Part shown: positions 1 to 10,000 of the stretch, one piece after another | Layout: each line of letters opens with the position of its first letter | How positions within the stretch are numbered: position 1 is the stretch's first letter | Assembly: GCA_023248155.1 (NCBI GenBank) | Contig: JAHFFE010000009.1 | Coordinates: forward strand, 1-48,053 | DNA length: 48,053 nt | From: Candidatus Omnitrophota bacterium | GTDB lineage: Bacteria; Omnitrophota; Gorgyraeia; 1-14-0-20-64-10 | Direction: 5' to 3' | The notes under the pieces: generated by a model | Told to the model about the DNA's origin: nothing | Database searches by the model: none | Seen by the model: the letters and a program-made list of their open reading frames with translations, nothing else | Position numbers and translations under genes: made by a program

Positions 1-721
1 TTTCAAATAAAACCAGAGCGGCAAACTGCTCGTCCGGAAAAGCTTCCACAGAAATCGACAGCGAGTCCACATCGTTAGCGACATCCCCGAGAGTCCGGAA
101 GAGTACTCCCAATAACTGGGTGAACTGATCCACATAACCACCTACTCTTACCGCCTTCGAAGGTTGTTCAAGTAAACTTTTCTGGATATAACTCAAAATG
201 GGTTCTCGATCAGCCGGTGGCCTCCAGTTTTTATTCCCATCATAAAGAACAATTTCAAGAATGGCATTCGCCCAGGAACTATTGGACAACACGACCCGAC
301 CAAATTCCGGATGGACCTCTCCGCGGTAAAAAAGGCCTTTGGCTTCAACTGCTTTTTTGCCTTCTTTCAGGGTGTCTCTCTCAAATTGACTGTAAGGACG
401 CTCCTTATTGGCCGCCGCTTTTTTGGCGATCAGCGCAGCCACAACAAGAGCATCATTGAAATTGTCAGTAGCGGTTTGAGGATCTGCGATTGCGTTAATA
501 CTCAATAGTAATGAATGCAGGAAATTTCGGCGATCAGGAGATCGTAAGTTGCCAATCTCCTCCTGCCCAGCAGCAGATTGAAGCCGTGATTTCAGGAGTT
601 GTTGGGTTGAAGCAGATTCCTCGGCGCCGGTGGCACGCAAAGCAAAAGAAGGCGACGGCGCTAAGCAAAGGATCAGCAAAGCGCTCAAAAAGCGTCGAAA
701 GAAAATGGGCTGGTTATTCAT
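1..721 (-). CDS. Secreted hypothetical protein, 5' part only (runs off the window edge; absent from the ORF track)
   Basis: Manual translation from ATG 721 is stop-free to position 2: MNNQPIFFRRFLSALLILCLAPSPSFA|LRATGAEESASTQQLLKSRLQSAAGQEE... It has a signal-peptide-like N-terminus and a promoter just upstream. Confidence 0.8.
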   Translation of the reverse strand, partial: MNNQPIFFRRFLSALLILCLAPSPSFALRATGAEESASTQQLLKSRLQSAAGQEEIGNLRSPDRRNFLHSLLLSINAIADPQTATDNFNDALVVAALIAKKAAANKERPYSQFERDTLKEGKKAVEAKGLFYRGEVHPEFGRVVLSNSSWANAILEIVLYDGNKNWRPPADREPILSYIQKSLLEQPSKAVRVGGYVDQFTQLLGVLFRTLGDVANDVDSLSISVEAFPDEQFAALVLFE

Positions 722-732
722 GTAATAAAGGA

Positions 733-761
733 AGTGTACTTGCTGGCAGCGCGTTTTACAA
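733..761 (-). promoter_or_regulatory. Sigma70-like promoter of the 721 gene
   Basis: Minus strand TTGTAA-N17-TACACT, 11 nt before the ATG. Confidence 0.5.
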
Positions 762-791
762 GAATGAATTTCAAAAACTTCTCACGATTAA

Positions 792-1097
792 CTATCCTGC
801 CATCCCCAATTTTTTCTTGGCGGCCTCGGACATCATTTCGGGGGTCCACTTCGGTTCCCAAACCACGGTCACCTTGGCGTCTTTCACGCCGGCCACCGAC
901 ATTGCCTTGGCTTTGGCGCCCATCGCAATCTGGTAGGCCATGCCGCACCCGGGCGTGGTCAGCGTCATCGTGATGACCGCTTCCTGCGTGGGAGTAATTT
1001 CCACATTGTAAATCAGACCCAGATCAACGATATTAACCGGGATCTCGGGATCAAAACATTCTTTGAGTGCTTCACGAACCTGTTCTGCGGTAGGCAT
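792..1097 (-). CDS. DUF59 / SufT-PaaD-like metal-sulfur cluster assembly factor
   Basis: DPEIPVNIVDLGLIY and MTLTTPGC motifs, WEPKWTPEMMS. Start moved to ATG 1097 (MPTAEQV). Confidence 0.88.
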   Translation of the reverse strand: MPTAEQVREALKECFDPEIPVNIVDLGLIYNVEITPTQEAVITMTLTTPGCGMAYQIAMGAKAKAMSVAGVKDAKVTVVWEPKWTPEMMSEAAKKKLGMAG

Positions 1098-1104
1098 TTT
1101 AAAA

Positions 1105-1956
1105 TTATTCCTCTTGATGGTGGACGAATAAACCCAGCGCCAGCGGGATATACACAAACAGAATCGCCGCCGGGAAATTTAAAATAAGCCCGAAGAAAAA
1201 CGCCGGCGCCCCCTTGGCAAACGGCGCAATACCCAGCATGGCGCGCAGACGGCCAACCAGCGGCGCCACGGCGTAATAATCAAACAGATAAATCAGCGCG
1301 CCAATCAGCGACACCAGAAAAACCACAATGATCGACGCCGTTTTATGCCGCCAGACAAACCGCGCCGACCGCTTGAACGCGGCCATAAGCCCGCTGCCCT
1401 TGAACACGATAAACCCCGGCGAATATAAAAAGAGATAGCCCACAAGCAGCAGTGCGATATAAAAAACAAATTCGGCCAGCGCCTGCATCCCCTGCGCGCG
1501 GCCGGTCACCGCCCAGAAAAAACCCACCGGGAAAACCGCCAGGACCGCCAATCCAATAGTTAAGAAACCGAACGCTAAACCCCACGCGCCCATTTTAAAA
1601 AGCCATTTGCGAACCGACGCCCAAAACCGGGCAACCGCATCGGCCTGCCCCGATAAAATCTGCCGCAGCGATTCTAAAACACCGCCCAGTAGTCCGGTCG
1701 CTAAAAAGAACATCATGAAAAAAAGCGTCAGCCCGATAATTCCATGGCCGACCGCCTCGCTGGCATTTTTGGGAGGAACCGCCACCGCCTGCTGGCCGTT
1801 GATGATCGTGTACGGAAGCAGCACCGATGACAGCGCGCCGATAAACGAATAGCCGATCAGATAGACAAACATCGGCATCCAGAATTTCGGCAGCAGCCGC
1901 AGCGCGCCCAGCACCGACTTCCAGACCGGCCCTTCCCCTTGAATTTTTTTCACCAT
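1105..1956 (-). CDS. Polytopic membrane protein of unknown function
   Basis: 283 aa, about six hydrophobic segments, GLMAAFKRSARFV motif, co-oriented with its neighbours. Confidence 0.75.
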   Translation of the reverse strand: MVKKIQGEGPVWKSVLGALRLLPKFWMPMFVYLIGYSFIGALSSVLLPYTIINGQQAVAVPPKNASEAVGHGIIGLTLFFMMFFLATGLLGGVLESLRQILSGQADAVARFWASVRKWLFKMGAWGLAFGFLTIGLAVLAVFPVGFFWAVTGRAQGMQALAEFVFYIALLLVGYLFLYSPGFIVFKGSGLMAAFKRSARFVWRHKTASIIVVFLVSLIGALIYLFDYYAVAPLVGRLRAMLGIAPFAKGAPAFFFGLILNFPAAILFVYIPLALGLFVHHQEE

Positions 1957-1966
1957 GATGGTTCTC

Positions 1967-3823
1967 CTAGTCCCCGATGATTCCGTCTTCCAGCCAGAGG
2001 TACTGATCCTTCAAAAGATCCTGCGATACGCGCCAGTTGTCGGCATCTTCCGGCAAATGCAGATTCTCAAACGAGATCTTGATCCGCGTGCGCGCCTGCT
2101 CGCAAAACAGGTCGGCCAACTCCGCCGCGTTGGCGGTTTTTGTATCGGCGGCTAACCGCGCCGCGTTCGAAAGCGTTGCCGACATCGCGAACAGTTCCAC
2201 GCCCACATCAACCAAACGGAATAACAGCATCTGCCGTTTCTGCAATTTCTCCTGATTCAAAATCATCTGATGAAACAGCGTGCGCGCCAAGCGCCGGCTG
2301 GTCCGCCCGATATACCGCCAGTGCTTGTGCAACTTTGGCGGAAGACCGGCTGGAATTCCAAAAAACGGCCGCGGAACCCACAGCAATGGATACCAGACCG
2401 CGTACGAAAGCCCCGCTTTCACAGCCGCTTTCATGCGGGCCGGCAACGGATTGCGCGGACTTAACACCGCCAGTACTTTCTGCAGATGCGGGTCAATCGC
2501 CTCGCGCGCCAAAAACAGCCGCATGATTTCGCTGGTTCCTTCAATAATCAAATTGATCCGCGCGTCGCGGAACATTCGCTCGACCGGCCAGTTCGGCTCG
2601 CCGCGCCCTGCCAGCGACGGCCCAGTTTCATACCCGCGCCCGCCGCGGATCTGCACCGTTTCATCCACAAGCTTCCATGCGCCCTCGGTACAAAATAGTT
2701 TCGCCATTGCCGCTTCGATCCGGATATCCTGCCCGCCTTTGTCAGCCCACGCCGACGCCAGCCAAGTGATCGATTCCATCGCGAACAGATGCGCGCTCAT
2801 CCAGCCCAGCTTCGACGCCACCGCCTCATGCTGACCCACCGGCTGGCCCCACTGCACGCGCTCGCGCGACCATTTTTTGGCGATCTGCAAACAGCGCTTC
2901 GACCCGCCCAGCGATCCGGCCGGCAGCGTTAACCGCCCCGTATTCAGCGTGGCCAGCGCCAGCTTCAACCCTTTACCTTCCCCTAAAATAATATTTTCTT
3001 TCGGGACGCGCACATTCTTAAACCGCAGCAGCCCGTTCTGAATTCCTTTCAGGCCCATGAAATCGCAGCGGTGCTCAACCTCAAACCCTTCCATACCCTT
3101 TTCAACGATAAACGCCGTAATCCGTTTGCGCGGCTTGCCCCGCACCACCTGATCGGGCGTGCGCGCCATCACCACCAGCACATCGGCTACCGGCCCGTTG
3201 GTGCACCACAATTTTTTGCCGTTGATCAAAAAGAAATCGCCGCCCTCCACCGGGGTGGCGGTCGTCGCCATGTTCGCCGGGTCCGAGCCAACATCCGGCT
3301 CCGTCAACGCAAACGCCGAAATCGCCCCCTTCGAAAACCGCGGCAGATATTTCTTCTTCTGTTCCTCGGTGCCGAACATCTTCAGCGGCTGCGGCACACC
3401 AATTGACTGGTGCGCCGAAAGCCATACTGCCGTTGACCCGCAATGGCTGGCAATCAGCTCAATTGCGCGGTTGTAATTAATCTGCGAGAAACCAAGGCCG
3501 CCATACTCCTTCGGAATTTTCATGCCGAAACAACCCAGCGCGGCCAGCCCCTGAATAACCGATGCCGGAACCTCACCCGTTTTGTCCACCTGATCGGCAT
3601 CCAGGTTAGTTTTCAGGAACGATGCCAGCTGGGCCAAGAACGCATCGCCGATCTTCTTATCGGCTTCGGATTGGGCTAAAAAGGGGAATATTAAGGAAGA
3701 GACTACCTTGCCGTGGTAAAGCCCCAAACCAAAACTGGGGTGTTCCCAGGCATCTTGCCGTGCTGATTCGACGATCTCCAACGCTTCCAGACTGCCTAAA
3801 ATACCGCCGTCTTTGTTATTCAT
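1967..3823 (-). CDS. Acyl-CoA dehydrogenase, long ACAD9/VLCAD-like form
   Basis: AFALTEPDVGSD, GKKLWCTNG, VQIRGGRGY, RINLIIEGTSEI motifs plus a C-terminal extension. Confidence 0.93.
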   Translation of the reverse strand: MNNKDGGILGSLEALEIVESARQDAWEHPSFGLGLYHGKVVSSLIFPFLAQSEADKKIGDAFLAQLASFLKTNLDADQVDKTGEVPASVIQGLAALGCFGMKIPKEYGGLGFSQINYNRAIELIASHCGSTAVWLSAHQSIGVPQPLKMFGTEEQKKKYLPRFSKGAISAFALTEPDVGSDPANMATTATPVEGGDFFLINGKKLWCTNGPVADVLVVMARTPDQVVRGKPRKRITAFIVEKGMEGFEVEHRCDFMGLKGIQNGLLRFKNVRVPKENIILGEGKGLKLALATLNTGRLTLPAGSLGGSKRCLQIAKKWSRERVQWGQPVGQHEAVASKLGWMSAHLFAMESITWLASAWADKGGQDIRIEAAMAKLFCTEGAWKLVDETVQIRGGRGYETGPSLAGRGEPNWPVERMFRDARINLIIEGTSEIMRLFLAREAIDPHLQKVLAVLSPRNPLPARMKAAVKAGLSYAVWYPLLWVPRPFFGIPAGLPPKLHKHWRYIGRTSRRLARTLFHQMILNQEKLQKRQMLLFRLVDVGVELFAMSATLSNAARLAADTKTANAAELADLFCEQARTRIKISFENLHLPEDADNWRVSQDLLKDQYLWLEDGIIGD

Positions 3824-3830
3824 CGAATTA

Positions 3831-3860
3831 ATTGTAGCATATCCGCTATTCTGCTGTCAT
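3831..3860 (-). promoter_or_regulatory. Likely leaderless promoter of the acyl-CoA dehydrogenase operon
   Basis: Minus strand ATGACA-N18-TACAAT with a TGn extended -10, 7 nt before ATG 3823; no Shine-Dalgarno. Confidence 0.5.
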
Positions 3861-3876
3861 TTCCAACATTTCTTCC

Positions 3877-3942
3877 GTCATTTCGAACACAGTGAGAACT
3901 CCCATTTTAAAGCAAGCTTTCTCGGCTTCGTCTCGAAATGAC
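3877..3942. repeat. REP-like palindromic element (GTCATT...AATGAC type)
   Basis: Perfect 10-bp inverted ends GTCATTTCGA (3877-3886) and TCGAAATGAC (3933-3942), inner GAGAA/TTCTC pair. Confidence 0.75.
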
Positions 3943-3963
3943 CTTTATTTTCTAGTGGAAATC

Positions 3964-3985
3964 TATTTTTCATATGTGAAAAATA
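3964..3985. promoter_or_regulatory. Palindromic operator-like site upstream of the giant gene
   Basis: TATTTTTCA-tatg-TGAAAAATA, a perfect 9-bp inverted repeat ending 5 nt before the -35. Confidence 0.55.
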
Positions 3986-3990
3986 ATATC

Positions 3991-4019
3991 TTGACATATT
4001 TCCATTTATAATATATATT
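3991..4019 (+). promoter_or_regulatory. Sigma70-like promoter of the giant gene
   Basis: TTGACA-N17-TATATT; AGGAG Shine-Dalgarno at 4060-4064 before ATG 4071. Confidence 0.65.
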
Positions 4020-4070
4020 TCCACTTGTAAGTCATATTTAGAAGGAATAATTGCAAATTAGGAGTAGAAA

Positions 4071-7000
4071 ATGAAAAAAGAGGTTCTCCCCGATCCTCGA
4101 CGAAAGCATGGCCGCTGGCGATTTTCTTTTCGGTTCATTTCTGCTTTTACTCTCTTTGCCTTTGTTCTTCTTCAGTTAGGATTCATTCCTGCGCAAGCGG
4201 CTAACAACAACCTGCCCGACTGGCTGGCCGACGAACAGGACGCCTGGCTGAATATAAATCAGATGGATCAGCTGCAAAAAGCCGATGCCGCGCTGATCAC
4301 CCGCCTCAACGCGCTCAATGCCGCGCAACAGCAATTGACCACGCAATCGGCCGACGGCGTTAAAGCGCTGCATTTGGATGGCGCCGTAGCAGTAGCCAAA
4401 GACGCGCAGGGTAACGCGCTGCTCCTGCCCGAATTCAATGATCAACAGCAACTGCAAAACGGAACCCTTTTATTGGAAGACGGCACACTGCAAACCATCA
4501 CCAACGGCAAGGTCGCCCGGCAAAAAGACCTGTTCGGCAATGAAACAATCTTTTTAGAAGACGGCCGCGTCAATTATGAAATCGCCGCCGACGGGACCCG
4601 CTCTGATTATTCCTATCAGGAAGGGATCACCCGCACCACGCATTCGGTGACCGGCGACATTGTTCAGCAGTACGACACCCAAGGCAACCTGACGCGCGTT
4701 AGTTATCCGGACAACCGCGTTCTCAATTATGTTTCCAATTATCTTGCTTCCGAACGGACCGCCGACGGCTGGACCTATTCCTATACGCCCGCGCCGCAAA
4801 CGGACGGCACGGTGGTCGTCGATTTAACGCAGGCGGTTTCTCCGGCGGGGCTTACCTGCACGCTCTCCAACGGACAGATCACCGCGGCCCGCCTGCCCGA
4901 CGGCACACAACTGAGCAATGTTACTCTGACGGATTCCGGCACGGTGTTTGCGGCTAATCTCTTAATGCCGGATGGCACGCGGCAGACAATCACCGCCGGC
5001 TCGGTGAATTCGGTGACGCTGCCGGATGGACGGCTGCTCAATTACTCCAACGGATTTCTGAGCAGTATCGTGCAGAACGGGCAACCGACGGCCCTTTCCT
5101 ATACAACCGCCGCCGGCGGCGCTCTGGCGACGATCACCGCGCAAGATTCCACCGGCACGCGCAAAACATACGACTCCGCCGGCAAATTAATTTCGATCAC
5201 GCGCGCGGATGGAACGACCGAGATTTTTACCGGAACGAATTACTCCCGCTGGCGCTACAACGATCCGTTTAATGTCACCGTGGCGCGCGACTGGACAGTT
5301 TCGACAAAAGTCGCCGTTGCCGGCGGCAGCCTAACGCTCACCGGCACCGGGAGCAACCTCAACACCAACGCGCTCTACAACAAATCGATTGCCCGTACAA
5401 CCGCCGGAGAAATCAGCTTCACGGTTCCCTTTAAAGTCAGCATTTCCAACAGCCAGAGCACGCTGGCCGTCGAAAACGGACTGGCCGGAACCAGTTACCG
5501 CCGGCTGGAACTACTGCATAACGGTTCACAACTGGTCATCCGCATCTGGGAAGGCACGCGCGTCACGCAAAAAGTGGTGGCCGTTTCCAGCACAACTGTC
5601 AATGCCTGGTACAATGTCAAATTTTCTGCCACCACCGCCGGAACTTCGGTCACCGTCTGGAAAGAGGGGGCCGCCGTTCCAGCCAAACCCAATTTTACCT
5701 GGACATGGAACACCGGCACTGTGCGGTTCCATGCCTGGGTAAAAACCGGATCGCTTCAGCTGAATTCCCTCTCGCTCGAAACCCCCGCGCCGGCACGGGA
5801 AACGCTGGATCTGTTTGCGCGGTTGCGAACACCGGCCAACAATTACGCCGTGACCGCTCCGGCCCGCAAAAAAGAACAGTCGATTTACAACGCCGACGGA
5901 ACTCTCAAAGAAACCACGCGCACCGACGGAACGCGAACCCGGTTCGACCATGGAATGCCGGTTGAAATCACCGATCCCGACGGCAAAGTCACGCAGATCA
6001 CCGCTGAAATGTCCGGCACAGACCTGGAAGGTTTTTCAATCGCCCGCGACGGAATCACCCGACTCTACTCAACCCATGGAGAACTCTCCGGATTAACGCT
6101 GGCCGACAAATCCGAACTGGCATTTGACGGCAGTTCTATCAGCGGCGTTACACTCGCCGACGACACTCAGGTGATCAACGGTGTTTACGAAAACAACGCG
6201 CTGGTCAGCGGAACCGTACTCTACGCCGACGGTAAAAAGGTCCGCTACGCCGGCAAACAAATCGCCGAGGCCACTCTGCCCGACGGAACCATTATTGCTT
6301 ATACCAACGACAAACCGGTCCACCTCACACTGACCTCCGGAGAAAATTACCGGCTCCGGCAAAATGCCAACTCCACCTGGAGCGCCGAACTGGAAGATTC
6401 ACCTGCTCTTTCCCAAAACGATATTTTAATCACCCTCAATTATTCTTCAGACTGGCAGCTGCTCTCGGCCGATCGCGTAGATAACGCGCATCTTGTTTAT
6501 TCCAATGGAAAACTTTCTACGCTCACGCAAGCCGACGGGCTGGTCATCTCGTACGCGTATGATTCCGCCGGACGGCTCTTAAGCACCGTCGCCGTCAGCC
6601 CGGACGCTTCGCAACCCTCTATCCGCAGCGAATACGCCTACGACAAAATCCGAAAAGTCTATCAGGTGCCAGGCACCAACGAAGTTTTGGTGTATTCCTA
6701 TTCGTATGAATTCACCGGTTCCGGCGACGAGATCACCGCCATTCGCGAAGAAACAACCGGCCTGATTAAACGCTACCTCGCCGGCCAGTTGATTTCGCAG
6801 ACCGACGCCGACGGCGCCGTCACCGCGTACGAATATACCGATAACGCGTCCGGATGGAATGACCCGCTGGCCGATATTTCGCTGGCTTACCAAACACTGC
6901 CCGACGGCGCCAAAGCGGTCTATCAGAAAATCGGCGCCAACCCCGTCCGGCAATGGAAACTGACCAAATTTATTTTGAGCGACGGAACAGAAATCTCCGA

Positions 7001-10000
7001 CCCGAACCAGTCCGGTTATCAATCGCGGGCAGATCAAGCCGCCATTCCAACCGACCGCCGCTCCATCCTGCGCCTGGAACGAACCGGGGTACTGAAAAGG
7101 GTGCCAGGTTTAAACCTGGCACCCAACACAGAATTGTCATCCTCGAATTTTTCTATCGAGGATCCTCCCGCTTCGCGCATCGCCCGTTCCACGCTCACCT
7201 ATCAGGGGCAGCAGCGCGGCGAGTTCACATTCCAATACGAAGGCGATTTAACCAAAATCACCGATGACGGCGGAACCACGCGCGTCTACAACGCGGCCAA
7301 TGAACTGCTGTCCGTGCAAACGCCCGACGGGCAAACCTGGAACTACCTCACCGTCACCGACATTGACGGTTCTACGGTCCGCGTCGCCGATTTAACCGCC
7401 GTCGATCATCCCGACGGCGCGCGCGCCGAATATTCCGGCAGTTCGCTGACGCGCGTCTACCTTCCCGACGGAACCTCGTTTAAAAACCTGGTCTGGAATG
7501 ACGACGGCCGGCTGGTTTCCGCCGTTCAGGTTTCCATTGATGGAATTGAAACGGCACTTCCCAATCCGAACGGATCGGCCGCGCAGTCATGGACCATCGG
7601 CGCCGATAAAACCGGCTCGTTCGTCACCGTCGGACATGACGGCGGCGATATCGTAAAACATGCGCAGTCGTTCGTTCTGCCCGGCTACGGCCAGCGCCAA
7701 ACCAACAGCATCAATCTATTCGTCCGCGCCGATACGCTCGGCAGTCCGGCCGGCGGCCTGCGCGTAAAATTATTCGCCGATTCGCAAGAGAGCCCATCGG
7801 GCGACGCGCTCGCCGAGAGTGTCATCACCAACCCAACGCTGGGAGCGTGGAACCAATTTCAGTTTGGGTCCAACATTCAACTGACCGCCGGACAACGGTA
7901 CTGGATCACCGTCGAATATCTCGGACCGACCGAACTCTCCACCGCCTACCGGCTGGGCGCTTCATTCGAGAATTCTTACGCCGACGGTTCTGAACTCAAC
8001 CGCTATGTCTCGTCTCAGCGGTGGCTGGCCGGTTCGCGCGCGCTCGACCTAGCATTTCAATTAACCGCTTCCGGGCAAGCGCTTTCGCTGGAAGGAATTG
8101 AAACGCAATTAGCTCCCTACCGGATGAACGGCGACACCTTGACCGAGCAGGAATTCGACGGATCGGGCATTTTGCTCACGCAGAGCCGCTCCGACGGACA
8201 GGTTACCTTCTTTAACGCGCGCGGCCAGATTGAAACAATCACCGACGCCGAAGGCCGCCTGCAAACCGAATATATTTATACCGGCGCCGGTGATTTAGCC
8301 GAAGTGCGGATGCCCGGCGTACTCACGCAAATCGCCGAAGAAGCCGCGCTCGCCCGAGCTGATCTCGAGTCGCGATCCGCGCAGGCGCTTCAACTGCTGG
8401 CCGAACAGCGCGGAGTCGCCGCCGGGCAGATCAACCAGCAGATCGGTTCGGCGCGCGCCCAGTTGGCCGTGCAGGAATCAGAATTGATCGGGCAGTTAAA
8501 CGCGCTCGACAACACCAAAGCCAGCGGAAAAGCCGGCCGCAGACAGAAAAACAACGGCATGGACCAACTGCGCGGCGGCATCCAGCAGGTGCAAAGCGCT
8601 CAGCAAACACTCGACCAGCAGTACGCGCAGATGCTCGGCGAACTTGACAGCCAGATCAATCAGATCCGCCTGCAGATTGACACCGAAACCGAAAAAGCGT
8701 TTACGCAAATTCAACAAAGCCAGACCGACGCCGCTAAAGCGATGCTCAAACAGATCATCACGCCGGTGGTCTACACCGAGTTCCGCCGCGGCCTGGGCCG
8801 GGACCCCGACGCCGCCGAGTGGAGCCGCATCGTCGATCCGATCTACGACCAAATGAAAGATCAGCCGGCCGCGCATCTCGATTTACCGGCCATCCGCGCG
8901 TTGATCGAACAAAGCGCCGACCGGCAAGCCCGCGTCGAAGAAGTTTTGCAAATTCGCGCGCAGGTCCGCGACTGGTTCACCAACTATTTGCCATCGGGAA
9001 TAGACCCGAATTCCCTGTCATTGCGAGCGAACGAAGCAATCTCATCTCTCGACCTCACCCCCGACGACATCGTTGCCCTTTCCGCCGACGAGGTCGAACA
9101 GATTCTCACCTACCTTGACAACAGTTCATTGCATTTTGGGCAATCGGCTTATTTAGCGCTTAAAGAACTGTTGTCGCATTACACAACAGAAATCCCCGCG
9201 CACCAGCTGGCGACCGAGGCGATCGTCATCGACATCCTTGGCGGCGTCATTACGCCAAAAACCGAAGGTGATCTGGAACTTTCGCTTTACGCGCTCGGCA
9301 AAGTGGGCACTCTGCACAACTTGCCGCTGATCGCTTCCAAAATTTCATTTGAAGAACTGCGCGGCATGACCACTCTGCCCGGAGTGAAATCCACCATCGC
9401 CTTTGCCAATCCCAACGGAATGGCCTATAACGCAGCCGGCAATACCGCCTATGTTACCCATTTCGGCAATGGCACCTACCGCGCGCTCTCTGAAGTTGAT
9501 CTAGCTACCAATGCCATTCTGCGCACCGTTGTTCTGCCCGGCCAGCCCGAGGCGTACACCGGCCCGATCGCCGCCAGCGCCGATGGGCAATGGCTGGCCG
9601 TCGGAACCGTTTCCTACGCCGGCAAGCCGGACCAAACTGTGTTTTTAATCAACGCGCATACTTTTGAGGTCGCGGCTTCCTTCAACGGGTTCGGCGCCGT
9701 GGCTACCGTCGCTTTCTCACCCGACAACTCAACACTCTACGCCGCCGACAGTTTCACGCGCGCGTTAACCCGCGTGAACCTGGCCACACAAACAAAAATC
9801 GGTTCATTGCCACTGCCGAATGATTTCGCGAACCCAATGCTGGTCTTCTCGCCCAACGGACAAACGCTTTATGTCGGTTCCGAATCGACCGGACGGCTGG
9901 CCGTCGTTAATCTGGCGAATCCTTCCGCGCCCATTCAATTCATCAGCACCGGCGTAGCCCCGCGCGCGATGGCGCTGCATGCCAACGGAACCGACCTTTA

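Noticed and set aside
217-973. Plus-strand ORFs 217-459, 311-508, 511-936 and 734-973
   Set aside because: They overlap better supported minus-strand genes (1-721 and 792-1097)
4007-4012. TATAAT as the -10 paired with TTGACA 3991
   Set aside because: The spacer would be only 10 bp; TATATT at 4014-4019 gives 17 bp
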